A stretch of DNA of 64,000 nt from Verrucomicrobiia bacterium (GCA_963664225.1 OY760937.1:1568001-1632000); one strand, 5' to 3'; shown: positions 1 through 9,920, counted from the first letter of the stretch. Notes: generated by a model from the letters alone, not told the origin. Made by a program: numbers and translations.

Positions 1-1437
1 ATTCCCAAGTTTTGCTCCCACAACGATTCCGTACGCAGGAAACGGGGTCTGTCCTTTGCGAGCCACCCTGCCATAGAAACCCAGGTCGGCGGACATGTGG
101 GCGCCGCAGGTGTTGGGGCAGCCCGAAAGATTCATCCTAAAATCAGACAATTGGTCCAAGTCAAGCTTGGACGTTTTGAGTTTCTTCACCACCGCGGCCA
201 GAGCGCCGCGAGGCAGGCATATCCCCAGCTTGCATGTGGCCGCGCCGGTGCAAGCCACCGAGGAACCCACAAAACGCGGTTCGGAAGCCAGCGGTGCGAT
301 ATCCTTGATCAGATTATAAGCATTGCCCAGAAACTCATCGGGAATATTGCGCAGGCAAAGGTTCTGGTCGAGCGTCGCCCGTAAAACATCAGTGCCGAAC
401 GGAGCCAAAAAGTCGGCCAGCGCGAGGGCGCTCTTATTGGGAAGGTCCCCCAGGAAGATGGGGATAAAAACTGAATACAGGCCCGGCTGCTTTTGAGGCG
501 TTACATACCGCTTGCGCCAAAGCTCAAATTCCGGTGAAGAAACCGAATCCGGCGTGAGCGTCGGCCGCATCACTGCGGAATACGGCTGCGGCAGCAACAA
601 AGACGCCACCTTATCTTGACGCAACGACTCCACTTCCTTCTGATACAACTCTCGAAATTTCGCCTCGCCCAGGTTGTTCCACAGAAACCGCAATCGGGCC
701 GCGTAACGATTCTTCCGATTGCCGTGCTGGTTAAACAAACGCTTGATCGCCTCCGCAATGAGACACACTTCCGTGTCGGGAACAAACTCATGAAGCCGGT
801 GTCCAACCTGCGGTTTGGTGCCCATTCCACCGGCGATATAGACCTCGAACCCTTTTACGCCATCTTGAACTTTTGCAATGAAACCCAGGTCGTTGAAGGC
901 TGCCCGGGCATTGTCAGCGGGAGAGTTGGAGAAGGCAATTTTGTATTTTCGCGGCAGTAGCCAGGAATCGGGTTCACTGACAAGCCGCGTGGTCAGGGCA
1001 AAGGCATGGGGCGAGACATCAAACACCTCATCGGCTGCCACCCCGGAATCGAACGAAGCCGTGATGTTGCGCACGGTATTGCCGCCGCCGCCCCGAGTGG
1101 ACAGCCCGACCTCCAGCAATTGCCGCATAATGAGAACCACGTCCTCAAGTTGGACGCTGTGAAGCTGAAGCTCCTGGCGCGTGGTGATATGAAGCGTATC
1201 GGCGGCGTGCTGCTCCGAAATTTGCGCCACGCGGCGCAGTTGTTCGGGAGTAATGGCACCCGCGGCACAACGGACACGCACCATGAATGTGTTGTCCATG
1301 CGCTGTTCGTAAACTCCGAACGGCACGCGGCGCACTTTAAACGCGGAAGCTTCCAATCGACCTTCCCGGAAGTCCCGAATCTTGGACTCAAGATCGTCAA
1401 TTTCGCCCTTGAGCGAGTCAGGGATGGTGTAAAACAT
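1..1437 (-). CDS. Ferredoxin-type sulfite/nitrite reductase (siroheme), 3' end runs off the left edge
   Basis: Not in the ORF track. Manual translation from ATG 1437: MFYTIPDSLK...FGVYEQR...FMVRVR...LHITTRQELQLH...GGGNTVRNI...LPRKYKIAFS...NDLGFIA...YIAGGMG, typical NIR/SIR motifs; last visible gene of the sulfur operon. Confidence 0.85.
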   Translation of the reverse strand, partial: MFYTIPDSLKGEIDDLESKIRDFREGRLEASAFKVRRVPFGVYEQRMDNTFMVRVRCAAGAITPEQLRRVAQISEQHAADTLHITTRQELQLHSVQLEDVVLIMRQLLEVGLSTRGGGGNTVRNITASFDSGVAADEVFDVSPHAFALTTRLVSEPDSWLLPRKYKIAFSNSPADNARAAFNDLGFIAKVQDGVKGFEVYIAGGMGTKPQVGHRLHEFVPDTEVCLIAEAIKRLFNQHGNRKNRYAARLRFLWNNLGEAKFRELYQKEVESLRQDKVASLLLPQPYSAVMRPTLTPDSVSSPEFELWRKRYVTPQKQPGLYSVFIPIFLGDLPNKSALALADFLAPFGTDVLRATLDQNLCLRNIPDEFLGNAYNLIKDIAPLASEPRFVGSSVACTGAATCKLGICLPRGALAAVVKKLKTSKLDLDQLSDFRMNLSGCPNTCGAHMSADLGFYGRVARKGQTPFPAYGIVVGAKLGN

Positions 1438-1439
1438 AA

Positions 1440-1838
1440 TTAATCCTCAAGAATATGAAGTTCCTCCACAGTGACTTGTCCGTCACGAATTTGGAAGGAT
1501 TTGACGACCGGCTGCGGTTCGGCCAGAGAGACGATGACGTAGCTCAGGGCCGGGTCGTTGGCCAGACGAATGTCCTCTTGTGAGGGCCGGGCTGGAGAAG
1601 CCGGGTGGCTATGATAAACCGCGCTCAGGCGCAGCCCGCCCGCCCGCATCTGTCGAACTGCCGCAAACTGTTCGGCGGGCTCAAAACTGAAGTGCTCAGG
1701 CGAGGCATCGACGTTTTTCATTTTGAAAATGGCGCTGATAATCCCATCTTTTACAGCCAGGTAACCGCACGCCTCGATCGGGGCATCCGCCTGCGCATGT
1801 TGGATCACCTGATTTACAATGGAACGTTGAATTTTCAC
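1440..1838 (-). CDS. JAMM/Mov34 (M67) metalloprotease, HcyD/Mec-like sulfur-carrier maturase
   Basis: EACG near the N-terminus and YHSHPASPARPSQED (HxH-x7-S-xx-D JAMM motif). Confidence 0.9.
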   Translation of the reverse strand: MKIQRSIVNQVIQHAQADAPIEACGYLAVKDGIISAIFKMKNVDASPEHFSFEPAEQFAAVRQMRAGGLRLSAVYHSHPASPARPSQEDIRLANDPALSYVIVSLAEPQPVVKSFQIRDGQVTVEELHILED

Positions 1839-2662
1839 AGCGCGGTTTTTTTAAGATCGCATACCACCGACGACTCCTCGTCAAAAAGTTCGGTAATCAT
1901 CGGATGTTCGCCGCAAAGGGGACAGTCAGGATTCCGTTTGACCTTCACCTTCCTGAAATTCATTTCCAGCGCATCGAACGTCAGGAGCGAATCGGTGAGA
2001 AGATGGCCGACGCCGGTAATGTATTTCAGGGCTTCCGTGGCCTGGATTGTTCCCAGCATGCCGGCAATCGCCCCCAGCACCCCCGCTTGCGAGCAAGTCG
2101 GCACCACACCCTTGGGCGGCGGTTTGGAAAACAGGCACCTATAGCAGGCAGATTGGCGGGGCTGCACGGTCAGAGTCTGGCCATTGAACCGAAGAATCCC
2201 CCCATGTGAATAAGGAACGCCCGCCAGCACACAGGCGTCGTTAATCAAAAACTTGGCGGGAAAATTGTCCGTCCCGTCGATCACAAAATCGTAACCGGCA
2301 ATCAACGCCCCGATATTGTCAGCCATCACAAATTGGTGATAGGTGCGGACCATGATATCGGGATTGATGGCGCGCATTTTGGCGGCGGCGGACTCAACCT
2401 TCAATGTTCCCACATCGGGAGTGTGGTGAATGATCTGGCGTTGGAGGTTGGACAAATCGACATTGTCGGCATCCACAATGCCGAGCGTGCCCACTCCCGC
2501 TGCCGCGAGATACAATGCGGCGGGCGCCCCAAGCCCCCCTGCCCCAATGATAAGCACCTTTGATTGATACAGCCGCTCCTGGCCCTTGATGCCAATCTCC
2601 TTAAGGATGATGTGGCGGCTATACCGTTCAAGCCGCTCTTCGGTGAAGAATTCCATAAGCAT
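1835..2662 (-). CDS. ThiF/MoeB/HesA-family adenylyltransferase (HcyF-like)
   Basis: RYSRH, GAGGLG, SNLQRQ, CYRC and CPLC zinc motifs; start overlaps the upstream stop (TAATG). Confidence 0.92.
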   Translation of the reverse strand: MLMEFFTEERLERYSRHIILKEIGIKGQERLYQSKVLIIGAGGLGAPAALYLAAAGVGTLGIVDADNVDLSNLQRQIIHHTPDVGTLKVESAAAKMRAINPDIMVRTYHQFVMADNIGALIAGYDFVIDGTDNFPAKFLINDACVLAGVPYSHGGILRFNGQTLTVQPRQSACYRCLFSKPPPKGVVPTCSQAGVLGAIAGMLGTIQATEALKYITGVGHLLTDSLLTFDALEMNFRKVKVKRNPDCPLCGEHPMITELFDEESSVVCDLKKTAL

Positions 2663-3885
2663 TATAATGCGAAGGTCAGATCCTCCAGTATGTCGGCCGC
2701 ATCCTCAATGCCAACCGAGAGCCTCATCAGATCCTCGCCCACTTCCATCCCGGCCTTCTCGTCCAGCGAATACTCGCAGAAGATGGTCGATGCTGGGTGG
2801 AGAATGAGCGTTTTATTGTCGTGAATGTTGGTGGCCCGGCGCACGACCTTGCATTTATTCATCAACTCGAAGCAAGCCTGACGGTCCTCCAGACAGAAAC
2901 CCAGGAGGCTGCCGCTTCCGTTCGGAAACTGTGCGAGGGCGGTCCTGTGATAGGGTGAGCTTTCAAGTCCGGGATAAATCACCTGTTTGATCCTGGAATT
3001 CTTTAGCAGCGCTCTGGCGATTTGAAGCGCATTGTCACAGCTCTTCCGAAGACGCAATTCCAGGGTCTCAAGTCCCAGCGTCTGCAAATTGGCGTTATGG
3101 GGTGAAAGGCACGCCCCTAGGTTGCGATAGACCTCCCGGCGCAGATAAACGAGCAACGCCATCGGGCCGCATTTCTCCGCCCAGGGACGAATCTTCGGAC
3201 TATGGCTCCAATCAAAGATGCCATTATCGATAATCAATCCACCTATGGATGTGCCGCCGCCCGAAATGCTTTTTGTGCTGGATAGGACTTCGACGGCGAT
3301 CCCAAAGTCCCGCGATTTGAACAGATAAGGCGTGGTCATGGTCCCATCGATAATGACCGGAATATTCTTCGCCTGCGCGATCCGGGTCACCATGCGCATG
3401 TCGGCCACCTGGAGTTGGGGATTGGTGATGGTCTCCAGGAAAATCGCCCGGGTCTTGTCTTCAATCGCGGCTTCAAGTTCCTCTGGATTGGTCATGTCCA
3501 CGCAGGATACGTTCAGCCCCCAGGGTTTGAGCGTCTGCGCAAACAAGGAATGAGTGTTGCCAAATAGAAACCGGGAGGTCACCACGTTGGCGCCCGCTTC
3601 AGCAATGGCCAGAATCACATTTGCAATGGCGGACATCCCCGAGGTTGTTGCGATGACACCGCGAGCCTCAGCCAGTATCCGGACTCGATCCTCAAACTCA
3701 TCCACCGTTGGATTCGAGATGCGCGAATAGGAGTGCGCCAGGCGTCGGCCTTCGAATGCCTGCTGCATATCCAAAGCCGTCTTAAACTCAAAAGCCACGC
3801 TGTCGTAAACTGCGGGGCGTAATGTCCCGTGAGGGTCGTTCTTGCGGAGAGAACCGTGGATCGCCTTTGTTGCAAAACCTTTCAC
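2662..3885 (-). CDS. O-acetylhomoserine sulfhydrylase (MetY/MetZ-like, Cys/Met PLP family)
   Basis: YSRISNPT, ETITNP, PLP-lysine motif SSTK, HPASTI, RLSVGIED; GTG start at 3885 overlaps the thiS stop (GTGA). Confidence 0.88.
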   Translation of the reverse strand: MKGFATKAIHGSLRKNDPHGTLRPAVYDSVAFEFKTALDMQQAFEGRRLAHSYSRISNPTVDEFEDRVRILAEARGVIATTSGMSAIANVILAIAEAGANVVTSRFLFGNTHSLFAQTLKPWGLNVSCVDMTNPEELEAAIEDKTRAIFLETITNPQLQVADMRMVTRIAQAKNIPVIIDGTMTTPYLFKSRDFGIAVEVLSSTKSISGGGTSIGGLIIDNGIFDWSHSPKIRPWAEKCGPMALLVYLRREVYRNLGACLSPHNANLQTLGLETLELRLRKSCDNALQIARALLKNSRIKQVIYPGLESSPYHRTALAQFPNGSGSLLGFCLEDRQACFELMNKCKVVRRATNIHDNKTLILHPASTIFCEYSLDEKAGMEVGEDLMRLSVGIEDAADILEDLTFAL

Positions 3886-4097
3886 TGGCCGCAACCTCCT
3901 CCAAGGAAATAGAGAAATTCGATTTCGTCGTTTTCCTGAATTTGGGTTGCGTGATGGAGTTTGCCATCAACAAACTTTCCGTTGAGCTGGACGCTCACCG
4001 TCTCGGGCTGCTCCACTTTATTCAAGGTCAACAGTTCGGCCACCGTGAGGGCGGTGTTGTCAATTGTCTGGGATTCTCCGTTTACTTTGATCTTCAT
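3882..4097 (-). CDS. ThiS-family sulfur carrier protein with C-terminal extension after the Gly-Gly motif (HcyS-like)
   Basis: 71 aa, MKIKVNGE...SVQLNG...DEIEFLYFLGGG-CGQ. Confidence 0.88.
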   Translation of the reverse strand: MKIKVNGESQTIDNTALTVAELLTLNKVEQPETVSVQLNGKFVDGKLHHATQIQENDEIEFLYFLGGGCGQ

Positions 4098-4100
4098 AAA

Positions 4101-5510
4101 TCAGATGGCAAAATCGTTGTAATCGAGCTTGGCCGACTCCGAAGGCGGTAATAGAAGGCCCGCGGCTACAGTGGCGTTGGTGCCCTGTTCGATCAGGATG
4201 AATGAACCCGTCAGGCGATTGGTGGTATAGCCATCGAAGACCAGCGGATGGGAGGTTTGGAGACGGATTTCACCGATGTCGTTCAAAACCAGTTCAGAGG
4301 GTTCCGACTCCGGTTCGAGCGTTGAGATGTTAATGCGATTCTCAATCCTCGATATGATGGCTTGGACCGTTCGCGTGGTATGTTTCAGCAAGTACCTTTT
4401 GCCGCGCTGAAGCGGACGCTGATGCATCCAGCATATCCTTGCCTGCAAATCGGTGCTCGAGCCTGGAAGATGCTCCGGCCCGATAATCATGTCTCCACGG
4501 CTGATATCGATATCATGATCGAGCACGAGGGTGATGGACTGCGGGCAGAAGGCCTCAGGCAACGATCCGTCGCTGGTATGGATCTCCTTGACGGTGCTGA
4601 TCAATCCGCTGGGCAACACGATCACTTTCTGTCCCACGCGCACGATGCCGCCGGCGATCTGGCCGCTGAATCCGCGAAAATCGTGCAACCGGGGATCCGT
4701 GGGGCTGTTCGGACGGTTGACCCATTGGACGGGCAGGCGGAAACCATTGAGATTCCAGTCGCTGGCGATATGAACGGTTTCAAGATGTCCCAGCAGCGTC
4801 GGCCCTTGGAACCACGGCGTGTTGGGAGAAGCGCTGACGACGTTATCCCCGTTGAGCGCGCTGATGGGGATGAACTTTACATCCTTGATGTCCAGGCGAG
4901 GCAGAAATTTCTCGAATTCCTCGCAAATCTCGCGAAACCGCTCTTCGCTCCAATTGACCAGATCCATTTTGTTGATGGCGACCACGAGGTGCGGAATGCG
5001 CAGCAGCGAGGCGATATAGGTATGACGGCGGCTTTGCTCGATGACCCCGGCCCGCGCATCCACCAGCACAATCGCCAGGTTGGCATTGGAAGCCCCGGTC
5101 ACCATGTTGCGGGTGTATTGGACGTGTCCGGGCGTGTCCGCGATGATGAACTTGCGTTTTGGTGTGGCGAAATAGCGGTAAGCCACATCAATCGTGATGC
5201 CTTGCTCGCGTTCAGCGCGGAGGCCATCGGTGAGATTGGCCAGGTTGATTTGGCCGTCACCGGTGATATCGGCGGAACGCTCCAGAGCCTCGAGTTGGTC
5301 CTCCATCAAAGACTTCGAATCATACAGAAGCCGTCCGATGAGAGTCGATTTGCCATCATCCACTGAACCGCACGTGTTGAAGCGGAGGATTTCGACGGGA
5401 TGCTGCGGCGCTTGTGGCGCGTTGCCAATGTTACCATTGGGATTCAGGAACGGTTGGGGCGCAATCCGCCCCGCCATTTCGGGAGAGCGAGTTGCAACAA
5501 GTGTAGTCAT
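4101..5510 (-). CDS. cysN: Sulfate adenylyltransferase subunit 1 (GTPase), no fused APS kinase
   Basis: GSVDDGKSTLIGRLL, EREQGITIDVAYRYF, DTPGH, NKMD. Confidence 0.93.
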   Translation of the reverse strand: MTTLVATRSPEMAGRIAPQPFLNPNGNIGNAPQAPQHPVEILRFNTCGSVDDGKSTLIGRLLYDSKSLMEDQLEALERSADITGDGQINLANLTDGLRAEREQGITIDVAYRYFATPKRKFIIADTPGHVQYTRNMVTGASNANLAIVLVDARAGVIEQSRRHTYIASLLRIPHLVVAINKMDLVNWSEERFREICEEFEKFLPRLDIKDVKFIPISALNGDNVVSASPNTPWFQGPTLLGHLETVHIASDWNLNGFRLPVQWVNRPNSPTDPRLHDFRGFSGQIAGGIVRVGQKVIVLPSGLISTVKEIHTSDGSLPEAFCPQSITLVLDHDIDISRGDMIIGPEHLPGSSTDLQARICWMHQRPLQRGKRYLLKHTTRTVQAIISRIENRINISTLEPESEPSELVLNDIGEIRLQTSHPLVFDGYTTNRLTGSFILIEQGTNATVAAGLLLPPSESAKLDYNDFAI

Positions 5511-5528
5511 GGTAATGATTGAAAATCG

Positions 5529-6431
5529 TTAAAAATAGCCCTGTTTTTTCCGGTCCTCCATGGCCGCTTCGGAGGCTTTATCATCGGCCCGGCTGCCCCG
5601 TTCGGTGACACGCGCCGCGGCAATTTCGGCGATGATGTCCTCCACCGAATCCGCCGGCGATTCCACCATTCCGGTGCTGATGATATCGCCAATGGTGCGC
5701 ACCCGGACGATGACGTCCTTGACCGCTTCATTGCGTTTGAGCGGCAGCAGGTTACTCACTGGCAGCCATTGGCCCAGTCGGCGGACACATTGCCGCCGGT
5801 GGCTGAAGTAGATAGTGGGGACTTCGAGTTGCTCGCGCCGTATATATTCCCACACATCCATCTCAGTCCAATTGCTTAGAGGAAAGACCCGCATGTGTTC
5901 TCCCGGATTAACCCGGGCATTATAGAGATTCCAGATTTCCGGGCGTTGGTTTTTGGGATCCCACTGGCCAAAACTGTCGCGAAAACTGAAAAATCGTTCC
6001 TTGGCCCGTGCTTTTTCCTCATCGCGCCGTGCCCCGCCAATGCAGCAGTCAAACCGAAATTCCTCAATGGCTGCGAGCAGAGTCGGTATTTGCAGCCGGT
6101 TGCGGCTGACCTCGCCTGGCGCCGGAACGGCAATGCCATTGGCGATGGCGTCTTCCACCTTTCGGATAATGAGCCGCGCGCCGAGTTGACTGGCCCGGCG
6201 GTCACGAAATTCGTTCAGCTCAGGAAAATGATGCCCGGTGTCCACGTTCAGCAGCGGCATCGGAATGTCGGAGGGCCGGAAGGCCTTTTCCGCCAGACGC
6301 AGCAGGCATATGGAGTCTTTTCCGCCTGAGAACATGATGCAGGGCCGCTCGAACTCGGCGGCAACTTCGCGCATGATGTGAATGGCCTCGGTTTCGAGGT
6401 GCTGGAGATGGTCCAGATGATAACTCCTCAT
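5529..6431 (-). CDS. cysD: Sulfate adenylyltransferase subunit 2
   Basis: LETEAIHIMREV, FSGGKDS, GGARRDEEKARAKER, MEDRKKQGYF; ATG 6431 overlaps the cysH stop. Confidence 0.95.
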   Translation of the reverse strand: MRSYHLDHLQHLETEAIHIMREVAAEFERPCIMFSGGKDSICLLRLAEKAFRPSDIPMPLLNVDTGHHFPELNEFRDRRASQLGARLIIRKVEDAIANGIAVPAPGEVSRNRLQIPTLLAAIEEFRFDCCIGGARRDEEKARAKERFFSFRDSFGQWDPKNQRPEIWNLYNARVNPGEHMRVFPLSNWTEMDVWEYIRREQLEVPTIYFSHRRQCVRRLGQWLPVSNLLPLKRNEAVKDVIVRVRTIGDIISTGMVESPADSVEDIIAEIAAARVTERGSRADDKASEAAMEDRKKQGYF

Positions 6432-7111
6432 ATTGAAGACCCGGAATTCTCGACTTGTGAGGCGACCGCTTTTGCACCCCAGTTGGCATGCAAGCCGCAC
6501 TCGCGCTTCTCGTCGGCTTTGGCGGGATCAAAATAATCCCATTCGTTGGGCAATTGGTGCGTTTTCAAATACTCTTCCATATCGGCGTCCGTCAGATAAA
6601 AGACGGGGCTAACCTTGAGAGTGCCAAAGTTCGCGTCGTGACTAACGATATCCAGCCCCGCCCGGTTTGGATTCTGAACCTTGCGCAAAGCCGTAATCCA
6701 CACCGTGGGCGCCAACTCGCGCATACCGCGCTGGAACGGCTCCAATTTCATCAAGGCGCTGAACTCTTTCAGGGCGGCCTCATCCTCCGGTCCGGGAATC
6801 GGCCCGTGGATGGCATCCCTGTGAGCGGGTGTGATCCTGGGGAGGTAGGCTTTAATGTTCAGCTTGAGCAGCCGTTTAAGCTGCTCGGCATGCAAGTAGG
6901 TCGCCGGCCGATTATACCCATGATCCACCCAAAGCACGGGAATATCGGCTTGGACCTGCGTGGCAAGGTGCAGCACCGCGGCTTCGTAAGGGCGAAAGTT
7001 CGTGGAAACGACCGCATGGCCTCCGGCTTGGGCAATGGCCCACCGGGTAATCTCGAGCGGTGACTTGGAGCGCAACTCCGCGTTCCATTGATCGATCAGA
7101 TGTGGATTCAT
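6428..7111 (-). CDS. cysH: (Phospho)adenosine phosphosulfate reductase without Fe-S cysteines
   Basis: C-terminal ECGLH, KLEPF; first gene of the cysHDN operon. Confidence 0.85.
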   Translation of the reverse strand: MNPHLIDQWNAELRSKSPLEITRWAIAQAGGHAVVSTNFRPYEAAVLHLATQVQADIPVLWVDHGYNRPATYLHAEQLKRLLKLNIKAYLPRITPAHRDAIHGPIPGPEDEAALKEFSALMKLEPFQRGMRELAPTVWITALRKVQNPNRAGLDIVSHDANFGTLKVSPVFYLTDADMEEYLKTHQLPNEWDYFDPAKADEKRECGLHANWGAKAVASQVENSGSSI

Positions 7112-7315
7112 ATCGAATAATCCTCCGAATAAATAGGGCGTTCCCCAAACTCAATGACGACCAGGGCCCAAATCCTTGTCATCTCAGATACCCAAAAATC
7201 AAAAAACACAAATTCCGGACTCCCTGACCACAAACTGCGGACTGGTCCGTTCGTTTCGATCTGGCGCTCGCGAAAACCGTTTCTATTGGATTGCAGACGT
7301 TTCAAATCGCAGAAA

Positions 7316-7343
7316 ATCATACAGCTATACTACTGTATGTCAA
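7316..7343 (-). promoter_or_regulatory. Putative sigma-70 promoter of the cys operon
   Basis: Minus strand TTGACA-N16-TATGAT upstream of cysH. Confidence 0.5.
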
Positions 7344-7418
7344 CTGAGTATCGGTACTTTATGTATGTTGTTGTTGTGTAATTTTATGCGCTTGTTTTTA
7401 TAAGTTATGCGCGTGTAT

Positions 7419-7437
7419 CTTGATTATTCCAATCAAG
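7419..7437. promoter_or_regulatory. Putative Rrf2 operator
   Basis: Inverted repeat CTTGATT-ATTCC-AATCAAG 20 bp before the Rrf2 ATG, in the divergent intergenic region. Confidence 0.45.
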
Positions 7438-7456
7438 TTTGTATATTCATGGTCAC

Positions 7457-7918
7457 ATGAAATTATCGCTTCGTGGGCAATACGCTTTGCGCGCCTTGAT
7501 CGCGCTGGGAGATAGCTATGAAAACGACGTGATTCCCATGCAGACCATTTCCGACCAGCAGGAAATCCCAAAACGGTTTCTTGAGCAGATTCTGAACGAC
7601 TTGCGGGCTGTGGGATTCGTGGAGAGTAAGCGCGGAATTGCCGGAGGTTATCGCCTGGCCCGACCAGCACACGAAATCACCCTCGCACAGGTCATCGAGC
7701 ATGTGGAAGGCCCCTTGGCGCCGATGGCCAACCTGAGCCAGAAGCCACCCAAACTGAATCCGCAAGCGGGAGGCGCTCAACTCGCAATCCGTGTCACGAT
7801 GAAAGATGTTCGCGATTTAGTTGTGAAGGTCCTCGATGCGGTGACGATTGCCGACCTGTGCGAGCGGGCGCGCCAATTGCGCGACCGCCTGAGTGAATCC
7901 CCCGACTACGCGATTTAA
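7457..7918 (+). CDS. Rrf2-family transcriptional regulator, CymR-like
   Basis: MKLSLRGQYALRAL...FLEQILNDLR...SKRGIAGGYRLARP; lacks the three-Cys Fe-S ligand set of IscR; divergent from the cys operon. Confidence 0.9.
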   Translation: MKLSLRGQYALRALIALGDSYENDVIPMQTISDQQEIPKRFLEQILNDLRAVGFVESKRGIAGGYRLARPAHEITLAQVIEHVEGPLAPMANLSQKPPKLNPQAGGAQLAIRVTMKDVRDLVVKVLDAVTIADLCERARQLRDRLSESPDYAI

Positions 7919-8262
7919 CACCCAACGGACAGCCAATTCGAGCAGCATCGACATGCAAAAAAGGGATACAGGCATCAACCCACTCATTTTTGTGAAATCG
8001 ATACGATCACGCCAAAAACACTTTTAATTCAATCGAAGTCGTTTGGCCTGGTCTGCAATGTCCAATGGGGCGTCATTCGCCGCTGTCTCATCGGGCCTTT
8101 TTCCATAACGCCAGATTTCGCAAATCTTCCTCTCCTCGCCACTGGCTTCTGTTGGCTTTTGAACAGTTCTTCAGAAGATGCCAAGTGCTGTTGGCGGCGG
8201 CGCGAACCTTTAAGGATATGGCCGTTGAGAAGTTGATATTGAAACCGGGCAAATAATCGAGG

Positions 8263-8631
8263 TGTGAGGTCCAAAAGTGAGGCGGGCGAAGGGGCGATAT
8301 TTCTGGAGGCCCACTGGGGATCAAGGAACACACCGGCAGGCCGGGAAGAAGCCGGTGTGCAACGGAAGATTAAAAGACTTCAGGATCAGTTTTCGACCTG
8401 ATCCTTCATTCGATAGCTGGATCCTTCGATTACAATGATCTCGGCATGGTGCAACAGGCGATCCAAGACCGCGGAGGCAATGGTGCTGTCATTGTTAAGG
8501 ATCGAAGACCACTGTTTAAAGGGTTTGTTGGTGGTTAAAATCAACGATCCACGCTCATAGCGATGGCTGATCACCTGGAAGAGCAAATCGGCCCCATGCT
8601 GGTCAATGGGCAGATATCCGACCTCATCGAG
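8263..8631 (-). mobile_element. istB: IS21-family right-end remnant: istB 3' half (8386-8631) plus probable terminal repeat
   Basis: LDEVGYLPIDQHGADLLFQVISHRYERGSLILTTNKPFKQW...AVLDRLLHH...IEGSSYRMK; possible terminus TGTGAGGTCCAAAAGTGAGGCGG at 8263 (less certain). Confidence 0.8.
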
Positions 8632-8659
8632 TTATGTGGAGCTCCACATAACTCGATGA
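8624..8659. repeat. Perfect 36-bp palindrome joining two istB halves
   Basis: TCATCGAGTTATGTGGAG-CTCCACATAACTCGATGA, 18-bp arms, no loop. Confidence 0.95.
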
Positions 8660-8714
8660 CCTCGGGTACGTTCAGCAAGATCGGGAAGAAATGGAAGTGC
8701 TCTTTACCTTTCTA

Positions 8715-9920
8715 GTGTAGTGTCTCACAAACGACTGGAGTTATTATTCCTTTGTTTTTCGCATTCTGAAACGGGTGCATCCGGGTTTAATCCGCTCGAG
8801 CGTCTGTTTGCACCGGCTTAGTTTATCGACAATCGACTCGACCCTCGCCGTCCACACGAATGGTTTGGGGTCGTCGTTCCAGGCAGCGAGGAATTCCGCG
8901 ATGGCCGACTGCAAATCCGCCACGCTGACAAAGACTCCACGGCGAATGCGTTTGCCGGTCAGCTCACCAAACCACCGTTCCACCAGGTTTAGCCAACTCG
9001 AGCTGGTTGGGACGAAATGAGCTATGAAACGGTCATGCCGTTTGAACCAGCGCTGCACTCGCGGGTGCTTATGCGTGCCATAATTATCCATGACCACATG
9101 CAACTTGATCTCACCGGGAAACTCCGCATCCAACCGTTGCATAAACTTCAAAAACTCATGGTGGCGATGGCGTGCGTAACATTGACCAACGACCTTGCCT
9201 TGCGCCAGTTCCAGGGCGGCGAATAACGTCGTCGTGCCGTTGCGCTTGTAGTCATGGGTCATCGTTCCACAACGACCTTTCTTGAGTGGCAATCCTGGCT
9301 GCGTGCGATCCAAGGCCTGAATTTGGCTCTTTTCATCGACACAGAGCACCAAAGCCTTCTCGGGAGGGTTCAGATACAAGCCAACAACATCGGTGAGCTT
9401 CCTCAGAAATTCCGGATCCCGCGAAAGTTTGAAGCCTTTGGTCCGATGCGGCTTGATCTGATGGCTTTGCCAGATCCGGTTCACGGTAGCCTTGCTCACG
9501 CCTCGGGCTTTGGCCATCGTGCGACAACTCCAGTGCGTGGCTCCCGCAGGCTTGGTTTGGAGTGTCGCCGCGATCACTTGCTCGACATCTTCGGCAGTTA
9601 AGGCGGGCTTGCGTCCGCGCCCCTCGGCCACCTCCCACAGGCTCTCAGGGCCTTCGATCACAAAGCGCTTCCGCCACAAGGCCACGGTCTTGAAATTGAG
9701 GCTCAGGTCGTCGGCGATCAACTTGTCTTGCTGACCTTGGGCTGCAGCTAAAACAATACGGCATCGTTGCGAAACTTGCTGGGGTGTGTGATGTGCTGCC
9801 ACCCAACGTTCCAGCTCTTGGCGATCAGTTTCGGTTAAATTTAAAGTGATTGCGTGTCGCGGCATGCAGGTAAAATAACCCGCAGAACGTATAACGCCCG
9901 TTATTTATGAGACACTACAC
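8715..9920 (-). mobile_element. Intact IS630-family insertion sequence (1206 bp)
   Basis: Terminal inverted repeats GTGTAGTGTCTCA / TGAGACACTACAC flanked by duplicated TA (8713-8714, 9921-9922). Confidence 0.93.
8744..9865 (-). CDS. IS630-family DDE transposase
   Basis: N-terminal HTH, VDEKSQIQALDR, HDYKRNGTTTLFAAL, MDNYGTHK, SSWLNLVERWF. Confidence 0.95.
   Translation of the reverse strand: MPRHAITLNLTETDRQELERWVAAHHTPQQVSQRCRIVLAAAQGQQDKLIADDLSLNFKTVALWRKRFVIEGPESLWEVAEGRGRKPALTAEDVEQVIAATLQTKPAGATHWSCRTMAKARGVSKATVNRIWQSHQIKPHRTKGFKLSRDPEFLRKLTDVVGLYLNPPEKALVLCVDEKSQIQALDRTQPGLPLKKGRCGTMTHDYKRNGTTTLFAALELAQGKVVGQCYARHRHHEFLKFMQRLDAEFPGEIKLHVVMDNYGTHKHPRVQRWFKRHDRFIAHFVPTSSSWLNLVERWFGELTGKRIRRGVFVSVADLQSAIAEFLAAWNDDPKPFVWTARVESIVDKLSRCKQTLERIKPGCTRFRMRKTKE

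Noticed and set aside
4362..5366. Long antisense ORFs (also 19427-20251, 44011-44955, 49351-50199, 51255-52808)
   Set aside because: They shadow well-supported opposite-strand genes in GC-rich DNA and show no motifs
8029..8256. Short ORFs between Rrf2 and the IS21 end
   Set aside because: No recognisable domain in any frame; possibly a remnant but not assignable
8624..8659. Palindrome as a CRISPR repeat or terminator
   Set aside because: Single copy, no spacers, no cas genes, no loop or U-tract
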